28,674 bases of DNA from Fimbriimonadales bacterium (GCA_045862955.1 BTVI01000039.1:1-28674), one strand, 5' to 3'. Positions 15,432 to 25,187 are shown, counted from the stretch's first letter. Numbers and translations: made by a program. Notes: a model not told the origin generated them from the sequence alone.

Positions 15432-17669
15432 GTGCAAAGTGGAATTCTTCAGTTCCTAGCGCCAGTTCGACGCCGTTGGTGGTTGGTTGCCATCATCGTA
15501 ATCCCCATCTGCTTGATCACGGCGGCGATCTCCATCTTCTCTCCCACGATGTATGACGGCTTCGTGACCATTACCGAGAAGCGGGTGGACCCACGCACGA
15601 ACGTGGAGATTTACCCGACCATGGGGGTGCAGACCGTGGACGTGGAGACGAGGCTGAATAACCTCATCAACACGATCACGAGCTGGACCGTGTTGCAGAA
15701 GACGTTTCTCGATCTCGTGCAGGCAGGCGAGTGGAAGCCCAAGTCCAATCCGGCTGCCGGCACGAAGCAGTTCAACGAAGCCATTCTGGAGTTCACCTCT
15801 GCGGTGGACATCGAGCCGGTACGTGGTTCAGAGCTGATCCGAATCCACTTCAAGGCGGATTCGCAGGACGCTGCTATGGCTGGCATTAGCCGGCTCTACA
15901 GGAACTTCCGCGACCACTACATCGAGCTGAACAGCGCCGCGGGTCTGAGAGAGCGCGAGTTCATCGAGGCGATGCTGGCGAAGGCGAGGCAGGACTTTGC
16001 AGACGTCGTGGAGCGAAGAAAGAACTACACGGCGCAGAACGAGGCGGTGGCGCTGCAAGCTTCTACATCGAGCCTCGTGAACCTGCGCGGCGAGACGCTT
16101 TCGCAGCTGAACCAGGCCGAGCGCGACTTGGCAATGTCGCAGCGCTCGCAGGCAGTGTATCAAGCCGTAAAAGCCGAAGGCCTCAAGCAACCTCTCATCC
16201 CGACCGCCACGGCGCAGGCAATGAACCCGGTCTATGATCAGATCAAGCGCCAGCTTGCATCCGTCGAGGCGGAGCTGGCGGCGCGTCTCCAGACGTATGG
16301 CCCTAACCACCCTCGCATGCGCGAGCTGGCGGAGCAGAAGCAGGCGCTGATGGAGAAAGAGGCGGAGTTGCTCCGAGCGAAGGAGGCATACCTTCTATCT
16401 GGGAAGTCCGAAACGCGAAGCTCAGAGTTGGCGGAGGCCGAAAGGAACGTCAACCTTACCGAAGCGAGCATCGTCGCTGCACGGGCCAGGAAGGCCGTAC
16501 TCGAGTTACAGCTGGAGGACATCGAACGGAAGCTGCAGCAGGTGCCCGAGAAGGAGCGCGGCCTCGCTTTGATCGAGGCGGAGTACGTCTCACGCCAACG
16601 CGACCTCGACTTGCTCCAGACTCGTCTGACCGAGGCGAAGATCAAGGAAGAGGACGCCAAGAACGTCCGCCTGACCATGGTGGACGATGCATTCGTCCGG
16701 GTGATTCCGAAGAAGACGTTGATCAAGATTGCCATCGCGTTCGGCCTCAGCTTCGCTTTGTCTGTTGGCTTGGTCCTCGTTCTCGGTCAGTTCGACGCCG
16801 GTGCATACAGCCCGACGCAGGCGGAGAACGCTCTGGGCTACCCGGTCATCGGATCGCTTCCACGCACTCGGCAGGCACAGCTCCCGAAGACGACCGAGAC
16901 GGCATCACCGCTCGCGTCTTCTTTCCAAGTGTTGTCCACAAACATCGTGGAGATGCGGAATCGGTTGCAAGGGCCGGCTATCGTGGTTGCGAGCGCGGAA
17001 CCGAATGTCGGGCGCAGCTCGGTGGCTGCGAATCTAGCGGTCAGTCTGGCGAGGGACGGTTCGCGGGTCGTGCTGGTGGATGGCGACATGCGTGAGCCGT
17101 CTCTCCACCGCCACTTCGACGTGGAGAACCGCGCTGGCCTAGCTGAGATCCTCGCTGGTACTGCAGCTATCGAGGATGTGTGCATGCCGACGCCGGTGGA
17201 CGGGCTGCTGTTGATTACTGCGGGCAAGCCGCCGGCCAACCCGGTCAGGCTGCTGCGCGACGTCGGGCTAGAGCGCTTCATCGAGCAGGTGTCGAAGGCT
17301 GCGGACTTCGTGGTTTTCGACAGCCCGGCGGGCTCTGCGTTTGCAGATGCCGACGTGCTTGCTGGAACGCTTCAGAACGTGCTGCTCGTTCACGAAGCAG
17401 GTTCTCCGGCAACGATCAGCGAGATGGAGTTCCACAAGCGACTGGAACGCCTGGGCATCAACATCATCGGAGTGGCACTGAACAAGGTTCGGCCCGAGGA
17501 CTGCTCCGGCTACATCACCTACCGACGCGCTTATGAGGCCTCGCTAATGGCGCGCGAGATGACGAGCACACCTGCCGAGAGGCCTGCACTCGACAAGCCC
17601 AAACGGGAGAAAGCCGAGGCACCGCGTCGGCCAGAGGTCGAGGCGGACGACGAGGACGACGAGGTTTAG
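15432..17669 (+). CDS. wzc: Polysaccharide co-polymerase / BY-kinase family protein (Wzc/GumC-like, 745 aa) with atypical Walker A
   Basis: N-terminal TM helix, long coiled-coil periplasmic region with YGPNHP, second TM, then a P-loop domain: SAEPNVGRSS, VVLVDGDMR.P, FVVFDSP, GVALNKV. Confidence 0.88.
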   Translation: MQSGILQFLAPVRRRWWLVAIIVIPICLITAAISIFSPTMYDGFVTITEKRVDPRTNVEIYPTMGVQTVDVETRLNNLINTITSWTVLQKTFLDLVQAGEWKPKSNPAAGTKQFNEAILEFTSAVDIEPVRGSELIRIHFKADSQDAAMAGISRLYRNFRDHYIELNSAAGLREREFIEAMLAKARQDFADVVERRKNYTAQNEAVALQASTSSLVNLRGETLSQLNQAERDLAMSQRSQAVYQAVKAEGLKQPLIPTATAQAMNPVYDQIKRQLASVEAELAARLQTYGPNHPRMRELAEQKQALMEKEAELLRAKEAYLLSGKSETRSSELAEAERNVNLTEASIVAARARKAVLELQLEDIERKLQQVPEKERGLALIEAEYVSRQRDLDLLQTRLTEAKIKEEDAKNVRLTMVDDAFVRVIPKKTLIKIAIAFGLSFALSVGLVLVLGQFDAGAYSPTQAENALGYPVIGSLPRTRQAQLPKTTETASPLASSFQVLSTNIVEMRNRLQGPAIVVASAEPNVGRSSVAANLAVSLARDGSRVVLVDGDMREPSLHRHFDVENRAGLAEILAGTAAIEDVCMPTPVDGLLLITAGKPPANPVRLLRDVGLERFIEQVSKAADFVVFDSPAGSAFADADVLAGTLQNVLLVHEAGSPATISEMEFHKRLERLGINIIGVALNKVRPEDCSGYITYRRAYEASLMAREMTSTPAERPALDKPKREKAEAPRRPEVEADDEDDEV

Positions 17670-17714
17670 TTGGTTTGGGTGGCGCCGCGGCACACGCGGC
17701 GCCACCACCTATGC

Positions 17715-18395
17715 ATGAATATGAGACTGACAAAGGGAGCGGCGCAGGCACAGACGGTCTCCGTTTTCGAAGGCCGGATACCCTATCGCCATGTGCAGTA
17801 CCGGGTGTTCAAACGGGTGCTGGACGTGACGGGCTCTGCCGTTTTGCTGTTACTGCTGTTCCCTCTCATGGCGGGCATTGCGCTGGCCATCAAGTTGACT
17901 TCTCCCGGCCCGGTGATCTTCAAGCAGCCCCGAGTGGGACTTCGTGGGCGGACCTTTATGTTTCTCAAGTTCCGCTCGATGTACATGGACGCGGAGCAAC
18001 GGCTTCGAGAAGTCGCCGGGTTGAACGAGAAGGACGGGCCTATCTTCAAGATCAAGAACGATCCGAGGGTCACGCCGATTGGTCGTACGCTGCGCAAGTT
18101 CAGTCTGGACGAACTCCCGCAACTGATCAACGTGTTGCGCGGGGAAATGAGCTTGGTAGGACCGCGCCCGCCCCTACCGCGTGAGGTGGAGAAGTACGAC
18201 GAGGAGAGTTACGTCCGGCTCTGCGTGACGCCCGGGATCACCTGCCTGTGGCAGATCTGCGGCCGCAGCGATCTGTCTTTCGCAGACTGGGTGCGGCTGG
18301 ACAAGTTCTACATAGAGCACATGTCATTCTGGCTCGATCTGAAGATTTTGCTGTTGACCATTCCTGCGGTGCTGAAGGGACAAGGGGCATACTAG
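17715..18395 (+). CDS. Bacterial sugar transferase (priming polyprenyl-phosphate glycosyl-1-phosphate transferase)
   Basis: KRVLD, SPGPVIFKQPRVG, KFRSM, DPRVTPIGRTLRKFSLDELPQLINVLRGEMSLVGPRP, PGITCLWQI. Start uncertain (ATG 17715 or 17721). Confidence 0.92.
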   Translation: MNMRLTKGAAQAQTVSVFEGRIPYRHVQYRVFKRVLDVTGSAVLLLLLFPLMAGIALAIKLTSPGPVIFKQPRVGLRGRTFMFLKFRSMYMDAEQRLREVAGLNEKDGPIFKIKNDPRVTPIGRTLRKFSLDELPQLINVLRGEMSLVGPRPPLPREVEKYDEESYVRLCVTPGITCLWQICGRSDLSFADWVRLDKFYIEHMSFWLDLKILLLTIPAVLKGQGAY

Positions 18396-18444
18396 CCGGG
18401 TGGGACAGTGGTGCTCATCGCGGGCAACGGTATAGGGGTATCGG

Positions 18445-19395
18445 TTGAATCGAGTATTGGTAACGGGCGGAGCCGGGTTCATCGGAGGTTTCGTCGTCGA
18501 GCAGCTGCTCAGTGCTGGTAAGGCCGTTCGGGTGCTGGACAATCTGTCCACGGGTTCGACGGACACGCTGGACGGTCTGGTCGGCGACTTGGAGTTCCAG
18601 CGTGGGGACATCCGCGACGAAGATGCGGTTCGTGTCGCTGTCGAGGGAGTGGACGGCATCATTCATCTGGCTGCAGACATCTCGGTTCCCGATTCGCTGA
18701 GCAATCCCCTGCACACCTACTCGGTCAATGTGATGGGCACTCTAACAGTGCTGGAAGAGGCTCGTCGCGCGGGTGTGAGGAGTTGCGTGATAGCAAGCTC
18801 GGCTGCCGTGTATGGGGAGCCAGTAGGGAGCAAGCAGTCCGAGGACTCCCCGACGATCCCCCTGTCGCCCTACGGTGCCAGCAAGCTGGCGTGCGAGCAG
18901 CTCGCCTCGCTGTACAGCCGCACGTTTTCGGTGCCGACGCTGTGTCTTCGGCTGTTCAACGTGTACGGGCCGCGGCAACGGCACGACTCGCCTTATGCTG
19001 CCGTGATTCCCATCTTTCTCTCCCGGATGATGCAAGGGCTGCCACCACAGGTGTTCGGTGACGGCCATCAGCGCCGCGATTTCGTGTTCGTCGGCGACGT
19101 GGCCCGAGCGCTGATCGGTGCACTGGGGCGTCCCGACCTCGCTCCCGGCGTGTACAACGTGGCATCGGGCATGAGCTGCAGCCTGCTGGACCTCATTGCG
19201 GAGATCAACCGCAGCTTGGGCACGTCGCTGCAACCGGAGTTCTTACGGGAGCGCGAGGGAGACATACGAGAGAGCGTCGCCGACATCTCACGCGCCCGCC
19301 ACGAGCTGGGCTTTTCGCCTGCCGTGTCGCTGGCTGAGGGAATCTCGCGAATCGTTCACGAGAGCGTGGTCCCGACGGAGGCGGTCGGTGGCTGA
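18445..19395 (+). CDS. NAD-dependent epimerase/dehydratase (UDP-Glc/GlcNAc 4-epimerase-like, 316 aa)
   Basis: TTG start. Motifs VTGGAGFIG, HLAA, SSAAVYG, SPYGASK, RLFNVYGPRQ, GDGHQRRDFVFVGDV. Confidence 0.9.
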   Translation: MNRVLVTGGAGFIGGFVVEQLLSAGKAVRVLDNLSTGSTDTLDGLVGDLEFQRGDIRDEDAVRVAVEGVDGIIHLAADISVPDSLSNPLHTYSVNVMGTLTVLEEARRAGVRSCVIASSAAVYGEPVGSKQSEDSPTIPLSPYGASKLACEQLASLYSRTFSVPTLCLRLFNVYGPRQRHDSPYAAVIPIFLSRMMQGLPPQVFGDGHQRRDFVFVGDVARALIGALGRPDLAPGVYNVASGMSCSLLDLIAEINRSLGTSLQPEFLREREGDIRESVADISRARHELGFSPAVSLAEGISRIVHESVVPTEAVGG

Positions 19396-20323
19396 AACTG
19401 CGCAAGCGGCGAGAGAGCAGGTCATCATGGGCGCAAAGCCTTTGCCCCTTGCCTTGTTCGTGGCTATGCGGCCCAGGCAGTGGGCGAAGAACTTCCTGCT
19501 GTTCGGCGGGCTCATCTTCAGCGGGAGCTTTGCGAAGCCCGAGCTGGTGCTTCGCTCGTTCGCAGCCTTCGCCCTGTTCTGCGCGCTGTCGAGCGGGGTG
19601 TACCTTCTGAACGACGTGCGCGACCGTGAGCGGGACGCGTTGCACCCCGAGAAGAGCAGACGGCCCATCGCGTGCGGCCGTGTCTCCGTCGGTCTCGCGG
19701 TCGGCATGGCAGTGGCGCTCTTGGCGGTCGGCATCGCGCTCGGCTTCGCTCTCGACATAGGCTTCGGCGCCGTTGGACTTCTGTATCTCGTGCTGCAAGG
19801 CGCATATACCTACGCGCTAAAGCAGGTCGTGATCCTCGACGTCTTTCTGGTCGCAGCCGGCTTCGTGCTTAGAGCTCTTGCCGGCGCAGTTGTTCTGGAC
19901 GTACGGTTTTCGCCTTGGCTGTTTCTGTGCACGATGATGCTCGCACTCTTCTTGGGGTTCGGCAAGCGGAGGCACGAGTTGCTGTCGTTGGGAGGGGAGA
20001 GCGGCGGGCACCGGAACGTGCTTAGGGAGTACACCGCCAGCCTGCTGGATCATGCGGTCGTGGTGAGCGCAGCGTGCACCGTAATGTCCTACGCGCTATA
20101 CACGATCCAGTCTACGACGGGTCGGTCCAACCCGTATCTGATGCTGACCATTCCGTTCGTTCTCTACGGGGTACTAAGGTACCTATACCACCTATACTCC
20201 CAGCGTGAGGGGGGCAGCCCGGACAAGCTGCTATTTCAGGATCCTCATCTCTTGCTGACCGTTGGTTTATGGGTCCTGGTCGCCATTCTCGCGATGTTGC
20301 TGGGCAAGACGGGAGTGGAATGA
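19388..20323 (+). CDS. UbiA-family decaprenyl-phosphate phosphoribosyltransferase-like protein (~311 aa)
   Basis: GTG 19388 with GGAGG SD, overlapping the epimerase stop (alternative ATG 19427). Motifs MRPRQWAKN, YLLNDVRDRERDALHPEKSRRPIACG, GFVLRALAG, KRRHEL, YGVLRY and P..LLFQD are typical of the DPPR-synthase subfamily. Confidence 0.88.
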   Translation: MAETAQAAREQVIMGAKPLPLALFVAMRPRQWAKNFLLFGGLIFSGSFAKPELVLRSFAAFALFCALSSGVYLLNDVRDRERDALHPEKSRRPIACGRVSVGLAVGMAVALLAVGIALGFALDIGFGAVGLLYLVLQGAYTYALKQVVILDVFLVAAGFVLRALAGAVVLDVRFSPWLFLCTMMLALFLGFGKRRHELLSLGGESGGHRNVLREYTASLLDHAVVVSAACTVMSYALYTIQSTTGRSNPYLMLTIPFVLYGVLRYLYHLYSQREGGSPDKLLFQDPHLLLTVGLWVLVAILAMLLGKTGVE

Positions 20324-20324
20324 C

Positions 20325-20876
20325 GTGGTCAATGGTAGTCTACCGCCCAGCATGACGGAGATGACCGGGGTCCGAGCGTGGGTACAGCGGCAGCCGGAGG
20401 CTCGCCGCCAGTTCGTGAAGTTCGCGGTGGTCGGTGCTTCGAGCACTGTGCTGGATCTGCTGACGTATAAGCTCTTGTGGTTCGTCTTGCCGGCGATTCC
20501 TTATGCGATGGCTCGGGCAGCGTTCTTTCTGACCGACCCGGTGGGCATCGCGCTGGACCTGCAGAGGACCGCTGCGGCGATGGCGAGTGTGATCTCCAGC
20601 GGAGTGGTGGGCACCGCCAACAGCTTCTACTGGAACCGCAGGTGGACGTTTCGCGCAATCGAGCATGACTTGGCAATCCGACAGATACGCAGGTTTCTGT
20701 TCGTCTCGTATACGGGCATGGCTCTGAGGGCGATGATCGTCTATGGGCTGATGCCACCGACAGGGGTCCGACCGTCGCCGATTCAGGTGCTGATTTATCA
20801 GCTCATCGCTATCATGATCGTCATGTTCTGGAACTTCTTCATGAACCGCCTATGGACATTTCGCAAGAACCGATAA
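20325..20876 (+). CDS. GtrA-family membrane protein (lipid-linked sugar flippase-like)
   Basis: QFVKFAVVGASSTVLD, NSFYWNRRWTF and WNFFMNRLWTF are GtrA signatures. Start uncertain (GTG 20325 or ATG 20352). Confidence 0.88.
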   Translation: MVNGSLPPSMTEMTGVRAWVQRQPEARRQFVKFAVVGASSTVLDLLTYKLLWFVLPAIPYAMARAAFFLTDPVGIALDLQRTAAAMASVISSGVVGTANSFYWNRRWTFRAIEHDLAIRQIRRFLFVSYTGMALRAMIVYGLMPPTGVRPSPIQVLIYQLIAIMIVMFWNFFMNRLWTFRKNR

Positions 20877-21763
20877 CGGAAGAGACCGCCGTAGAGCAGG
20901 GCAAGCCTGAGAAGCGCAAGTTTCAGCTCAAGATCCCAGAGCTGGAGACGCGTGATTGGGTGCTGATCGCGCTGCTCTTGTTCGCCGCCATTGCTCCCTT
21001 TTGGAAAATGTGGGAGTATGCCTGGCAGCAGTGGTTCAAGGATACGGGCTACTACCAGCATGGCATCTTCGTACCGCTATTGGTCGGCTACATGCTGTGG
21101 CGCCGCTGGGACGATCTACGTCAGGTAAGTGTGCAGCCTGCCACATGGGCGATTGCCATCGTCGTGCTTGGCGCGCTGGTGGGCTGGTGGGGCAGTCGTG
21201 TAGACAGCCAGGTGGTTCGGCAGTTCGGCTTCATGGTGTTCCTGTTCGGCTCGTGCCTGTATGTGCTGGGAACAAAAGTGACCCGCGCTCTGCTCATTCC
21301 GATCATTCTCGTTGGCTTCATGCTGCCTCTCCCCGACCTCGTTTTCAGTCAGATGACGAACTCGGGTCAGGTGTATTCCACCAAGTTAGCGGTCAAGATG
21401 CTCGACTTCTTAGGCTACGAGCCGCACATGGTAAACAACTCGGTGATAACGCTGGACAACTACCAGATGGAAGTCGGGGTGCCCTGTAGCGGTTTCAAGC
21501 TAACGATGGCGCTCTTGATGTTCGGGTTGTTCTTCTGTTCGATAGCGAGGTTCAACTGGTGGCGGTCGATCATCATGTTCCTCGTTCTGGTTCCCGTCGC
21601 GCTCATCGTGAACAGCTGGCGCGTCGGGATGATCGGCATCTTCGGCGAACACTTCGGCGACGCCGCTGGCAAACTGTTTCACGACTGGGGTAGCTACCTG
21701 GAGTTAGTGTTGGCATACGGTGCGCTATTCGGACTTGCGAGGTTGCTCGGATGGAAAGAGTAA
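20852..21763 (+). CDS. Exosortase/archaeosortase family protein (303 aa)
   Basis: Multi-TM protein with W....YYQHG..VP, catalytic Cys (VGVPCSG), Arg (NSWRVG) and His (FHDW). Confidence 0.9.
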   Translation: MDISQEPITEETAVEQGKPEKRKFQLKIPELETRDWVLIALLLFAAIAPFWKMWEYAWQQWFKDTGYYQHGIFVPLLVGYMLWRRWDDLRQVSVQPATWAIAIVVLGALVGWWGSRVDSQVVRQFGFMVFLFGSCLYVLGTKVTRALLIPIILVGFMLPLPDLVFSQMTNSGQVYSTKLAVKMLDFLGYEPHMVNNSVITLDNYQMEVGVPCSGFKLTMALLMFGLFFCSIARFNWWRSIIMFLVLVPVALIVNSWRVGMIGIFGEHFGDAAGKLFHDWGSYLELVLAYGALFGLARLLGWKE

Positions 21764-22407
21764 GAAAGCACGTAGTGCACATCTTTGTCGTCATGGCGTT
21801 GTGCACGATCGCCGTCGCCGTGACCCCGGTTCGACGGTACCAGGCACCCAATCAGGAGTACTACGTCGAGCGAGTCCCGAAGAGCGTCGGCGGTTTTTAC
21901 GCTCGCCACACCAGCGACATGAGGGAAGTGTGGGACGCACTCCACCCAGATGGCATCGTGTGGTCGGTGTATGAGGGTCCGGGCGTTCCGTGGATCGATT
22001 TCGTGTTTCTTTCCGGGCGGTCGTCTGATGCATTTCACGACCCACAGCTCTGCTTCCGCAACCAGGGCTGGAATCTGGACCCGCCGGCGGTGCGAAGCTT
22101 GCGGATCGATGCGCTGGGCAAGGATATACCGGTCAACGTGCTATCCATGACCAATACGAGCGGGGTGAAGGCCACTGCGATCTACTTCTTCATCGGCCCG
22201 TTCGGCTACACGGCCAATCCGTTCGTGATCAAGATGTCGCTGTTCGCTGCGAAGAGCCTCGGGATATCGGCGGGCCAGGGCTACTTCATCCGGTTCATCG
22301 TGCCCACCGAGACGTCGCAAGAGGATGATTTGGAGAAGATCAGGAGCTTTGCATCCGAGATATTTGCTGTGTTGAAAACCACGTTGCCGGAGGCGATCAA
22401 GAGCTAG
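21751..22407 (+). CDS. Exosortase-associated EpsI-family protein (218 aa)
   Basis: Overlaps the exosortase 3' end. N-terminal anchor; HDPQLCFRNQGW (H.P..C...QGW) motif; YFF near the C-terminus. Confidence 0.8.
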   Translation: MERVRKHVVHIFVVMALCTIAVAVTPVRRYQAPNQEYYVERVPKSVGGFYARHTSDMREVWDALHPDGIVWSVYEGPGVPWIDFVFLSGRSSDAFHDPQLCFRNQGWNLDPPAVRSLRIDALGKDIPVNVLSMTNTSGVKATAIYFFIGPFGYTANPFVIKMSLFAAKSLGISAGQGYFIRFIVPTETSQEDDLEKIRSFASEIFAVLKTTLPEAIKS

Positions 22408-22416
22408 GGTCCGCCC

Positions 22417-23982
22417 ATGTCGATTCAGCACCAGTTAGCCGAGATAACTCACAACATGCGGCTGTCGGTCGCGAAGCAGCGGCGCGGCTGGTTCAATGCC
22501 GTAAGCCGCGAGGCGCGGTTCAACCTCCTGCTCGCGGTTCTGTGCCTCATCGCGGCTGGGGTCTTGCTGTATCTGATGGAGGACCTGGAAGGCAAGCCGT
22601 TACGTATGGCAATCGGCTTCGTGGCGGGTCTGCTCGCCTTCGTGTTGGTAGCCCGGGCTCCGGACTCGCTCATTGGCGTTGTTCTCATCCTAAACGCTAC
22701 CATCTTCGGCTTCGGTGCGTTCAGCTCGATGATGTTGAAGTTCAACGTCTTCGAGACGCAGGAGGTGGTGCTGGCAGCACTGCTGGTCTTCGCGTTTTGG
22801 GAACATCTGCGTCAGGGGAAGCAAGAACGGGCTTCTGGGGATGCCGTGTTTGTCTCCGTGCTCCTCTTTTACTTGGTGGTGCTTGCTCAGATATTTCGCT
22901 CCCAGTTCCTTCTGAATCGCGATTGGGTGTATACGTGGGACCAGTACGGCAAGATGTGTCACTACCTGCTGCTGTTGCCGATGATCATTTACCTACGTAA
23001 TCCGGAACGTCTCCGTGCCTTCTTGTGGGTGCTGTTCATCGGCGCCGGCGTCGCTGCCTGCCAGACCTACTACTTCTTCTTCTTTGGTGCCGGTGGTTGG
23101 GGACACCTGTTCGGGTTGGTAGACGTCAGTGCGCGCGGGGCCGGGCTTGCAGTGCGTCTGCCCAGCTCAATGTTGATGGTAGCCATGACTCTGGTGTGCT
23201 TCGCCCTCTACCTGCACCTGGACGACGAAAAGAAGAAGAGGCTGTACCTGCTCGCGATGCTGGCCTTCATGCTTGCCGTAGGCATGAACAAAGGTAGGAA
23301 TGCCTACGTGGGAGTGCTGATCGGTCTGGCAACGCTCTGGCTGTTCGCACCACGGCAGGCTCGATGGCGGGCGTTCAAGGATGCGTTCTGGCTTACGGCG
23401 ATCTTCTTCGCGGCCGCTGTGGTGATCCCGCCTCTGGGTGACAAGGTCATGCACGTGGGGGAGCAGATCGGCATCCGGTTCATACAGACCTTCGATCCTT
23501 ACGAGTACGAGGAAGGCGGATATCGCGACCGAATGCGCGAGGTCGAACAAGCCTTGCCTCGATTCTATGAACATCCAATCCTTGGGCAGGGTCCGGGTGA
23601 GTACCTGCGCAGAACGTACGAGGAGACACCACTGGGAGCGCACAAGATCGTTTATCAGCCATATATGCACAACTCCTACGTGTACATCCTCGCGACTGGC
23701 GGACTGCTCACAGCCGGTGTGCTGCTCGGTATGTTCGTGGTTTGGATCGTCACCAACCTGAGGCGAGTGCGTAGACTTCGCAATCCTTACGCGCGTGGGT
23801 TCGTCTGGGGATTTGTCGCCTATATGCTTGCCATGTTAGCGAGCTCTTGGGTGCAACCCAACTTCTTCCTCGGACCACCGATCACGACTGTGGTGGTCGT
23901 AGCAGGGTTGGCCGAGGCATCGGCAAGGCGTGACCTCGAGGAACAGGCACGCATTAGGACCGAAGCCTCTGAAGCGGCGTGA
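22417..23982 (+). CDS. O-antigen ligase / Wzy-polymerase family membrane protein (521 aa)
   Basis: Many TM segments; KGRNAYVG, RDRMRE, HPILGQGPG and MHNSYVYILATGG (Wzy_C-like H-N motif). Confidence 0.82.
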   Translation: MSIQHQLAEITHNMRLSVAKQRRGWFNAVSREARFNLLLAVLCLIAAGVLLYLMEDLEGKPLRMAIGFVAGLLAFVLVARAPDSLIGVVLILNATIFGFGAFSSMMLKFNVFETQEVVLAALLVFAFWEHLRQGKQERASGDAVFVSVLLFYLVVLAQIFRSQFLLNRDWVYTWDQYGKMCHYLLLLPMIIYLRNPERLRAFLWVLFIGAGVAACQTYYFFFFGAGGWGHLFGLVDVSARGAGLAVRLPSSMLMVAMTLVCFALYLHLDDEKKKRLYLLAMLAFMLAVGMNKGRNAYVGVLIGLATLWLFAPRQARWRAFKDAFWLTAIFFAAAVVIPPLGDKVMHVGEQIGIRFIQTFDPYEYEEGGYRDRMREVEQALPRFYEHPILGQGPGEYLRRTYEETPLGAHKIVYQPYMHNSYVYILATGGLLTAGVLLGMFVVWIVTNLRRVRRLRNPYARGFVWGFVAYMLAMLASSWVQPNFFLGPPITTVVVVAGLAEASARRDLEEQARIRTEASEAA

Positions 23983-25187
23983 TTCCCGGCGAACTGCCCC
24001 CGCTCCGTCTCCTACTCGTCACCCGCGCGTATACAACCCATCGAGTCGGCGGGATGGAGAGGCACGCAAGGGACGTGGCGGAGGGGTTAGCGGCGCGCGG
24101 GCACACGGTGACAGTCTGGACTACCTCCCATCCCACTGAGTCTTCGTGCCAGTCGAATGGCAAAGTCGCCATTCGTTACTTCGCAGATACTGCACCCGGG
24201 CTCCATTCCCGGGAGTTCAATGAGGCGGTTACCCAGGCGCTTGCCGGCGACCCTTCCTTCGATCTGATGTTAGTGGAGTCTCGATCCGCGGCGATGGCCC
24301 TCGAGAAGCTGCGTCCGCCTCAGCGTCCGCCGGCTGTCATGTTCATTCACGGTACGGAGCTGTCCGAAGAGCTATCCATCATCGCCTTCGATCGGGGTCC
24401 GGGGCGCTATCTACGACTAGTAACACAGCGCGTGCCCGCAATGCTACGCTCGCTCACGCGAGCGCGGCAGAACTTCGCCGCAGAGAGAGTGGTGTGCGTC
24501 AGCCAGTACGTGGCCGATCACCTGGCAGCGGTTTATCTTGCTCCTTCCGAGAACCTGCGCGTGGTTAGGAATGGCATACCGCTGCCGCCCATGCCCTCTG
24601 GATCCGATCGGCTGGATGCACGACGACAGCTCGGACTGCCGAGCGACGCTCTGATCGCTTTGTGCATCGGTCGACTCGCGCCGGACAAAGGATTCGACCT
24701 CGCCATATCGGCCATCGGACGCATCCATCGAGAGGCACCGTGCCTGCTGCTCGTCGTGGGTGGCGGGCCCGACGAGCAACGGCTCCGTTCACTGGCCACT
24801 TCCCTGGGACTCGACGAGACCGTTCGGTTCGCCGGCGAGGTCCCTCAGACGGCGACGCTACCGTACTACACTGCTTCGGACATTCTGCTGCTGCCAGGTG
24901 TGCGGTACGAGGGCCATCCCTATGTGCTGGTCGAGGGGGCGGCCATGGGGCTCGCGGTGATTGCATCGGATCGCGCAGGGCTCGGTTCCGAACTAGCCGG
25001 CGAGCAGATGGCACTCACCATCCGTCCTGGCAGTGTGGACGACCTCGCCGACGCACTGAAGGCACTGCTGACCTCCGAAGAACTGCGCCGTAAGATGGGT
25101 GGCGCTCTGCGGAGTTACGCAGAGCGCCACTACACACTCGATGCGATGTTGGACGGCATCGAGGCCGTTATGTCCGAGCTACTCTAG
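23979..25187 (+). CDS. Glycosyltransferase family 4 (GT-B) protein (402 aa)
   Basis: GTGA overlap with the upstream gene. Motifs GGMERH, VCVS, VVRNGI, IGRLAPDKG, VGGGP and EGHPYVLVE (EX7E). Confidence 0.9.
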   Translation: MIPGELPPLRLLLVTRAYTTHRVGGMERHARDVAEGLAARGHTVTVWTTSHPTESSCQSNGKVAIRYFADTAPGLHSREFNEAVTQALAGDPSFDLMLVESRSAAMALEKLRPPQRPPAVMFIHGTELSEELSIIAFDRGPGRYLRLVTQRVPAMLRSLTRARQNFAAERVVCVSQYVADHLAAVYLAPSENLRVVRNGIPLPPMPSGSDRLDARRQLGLPSDALIALCIGRLAPDKGFDLAISAIGRIHREAPCLLLVVGGGPDEQRLRSLATSLGLDETVRFAGEVPQTATLPYYTASDILLLPGVRYEGHPYVLVEGAAMGLAVIASDRAGLGSELAGEQMALTIRPGSVDDLADALKALLTSEELRRKMGGALRSYAERHYTLDAMLDGIEAVMSELL

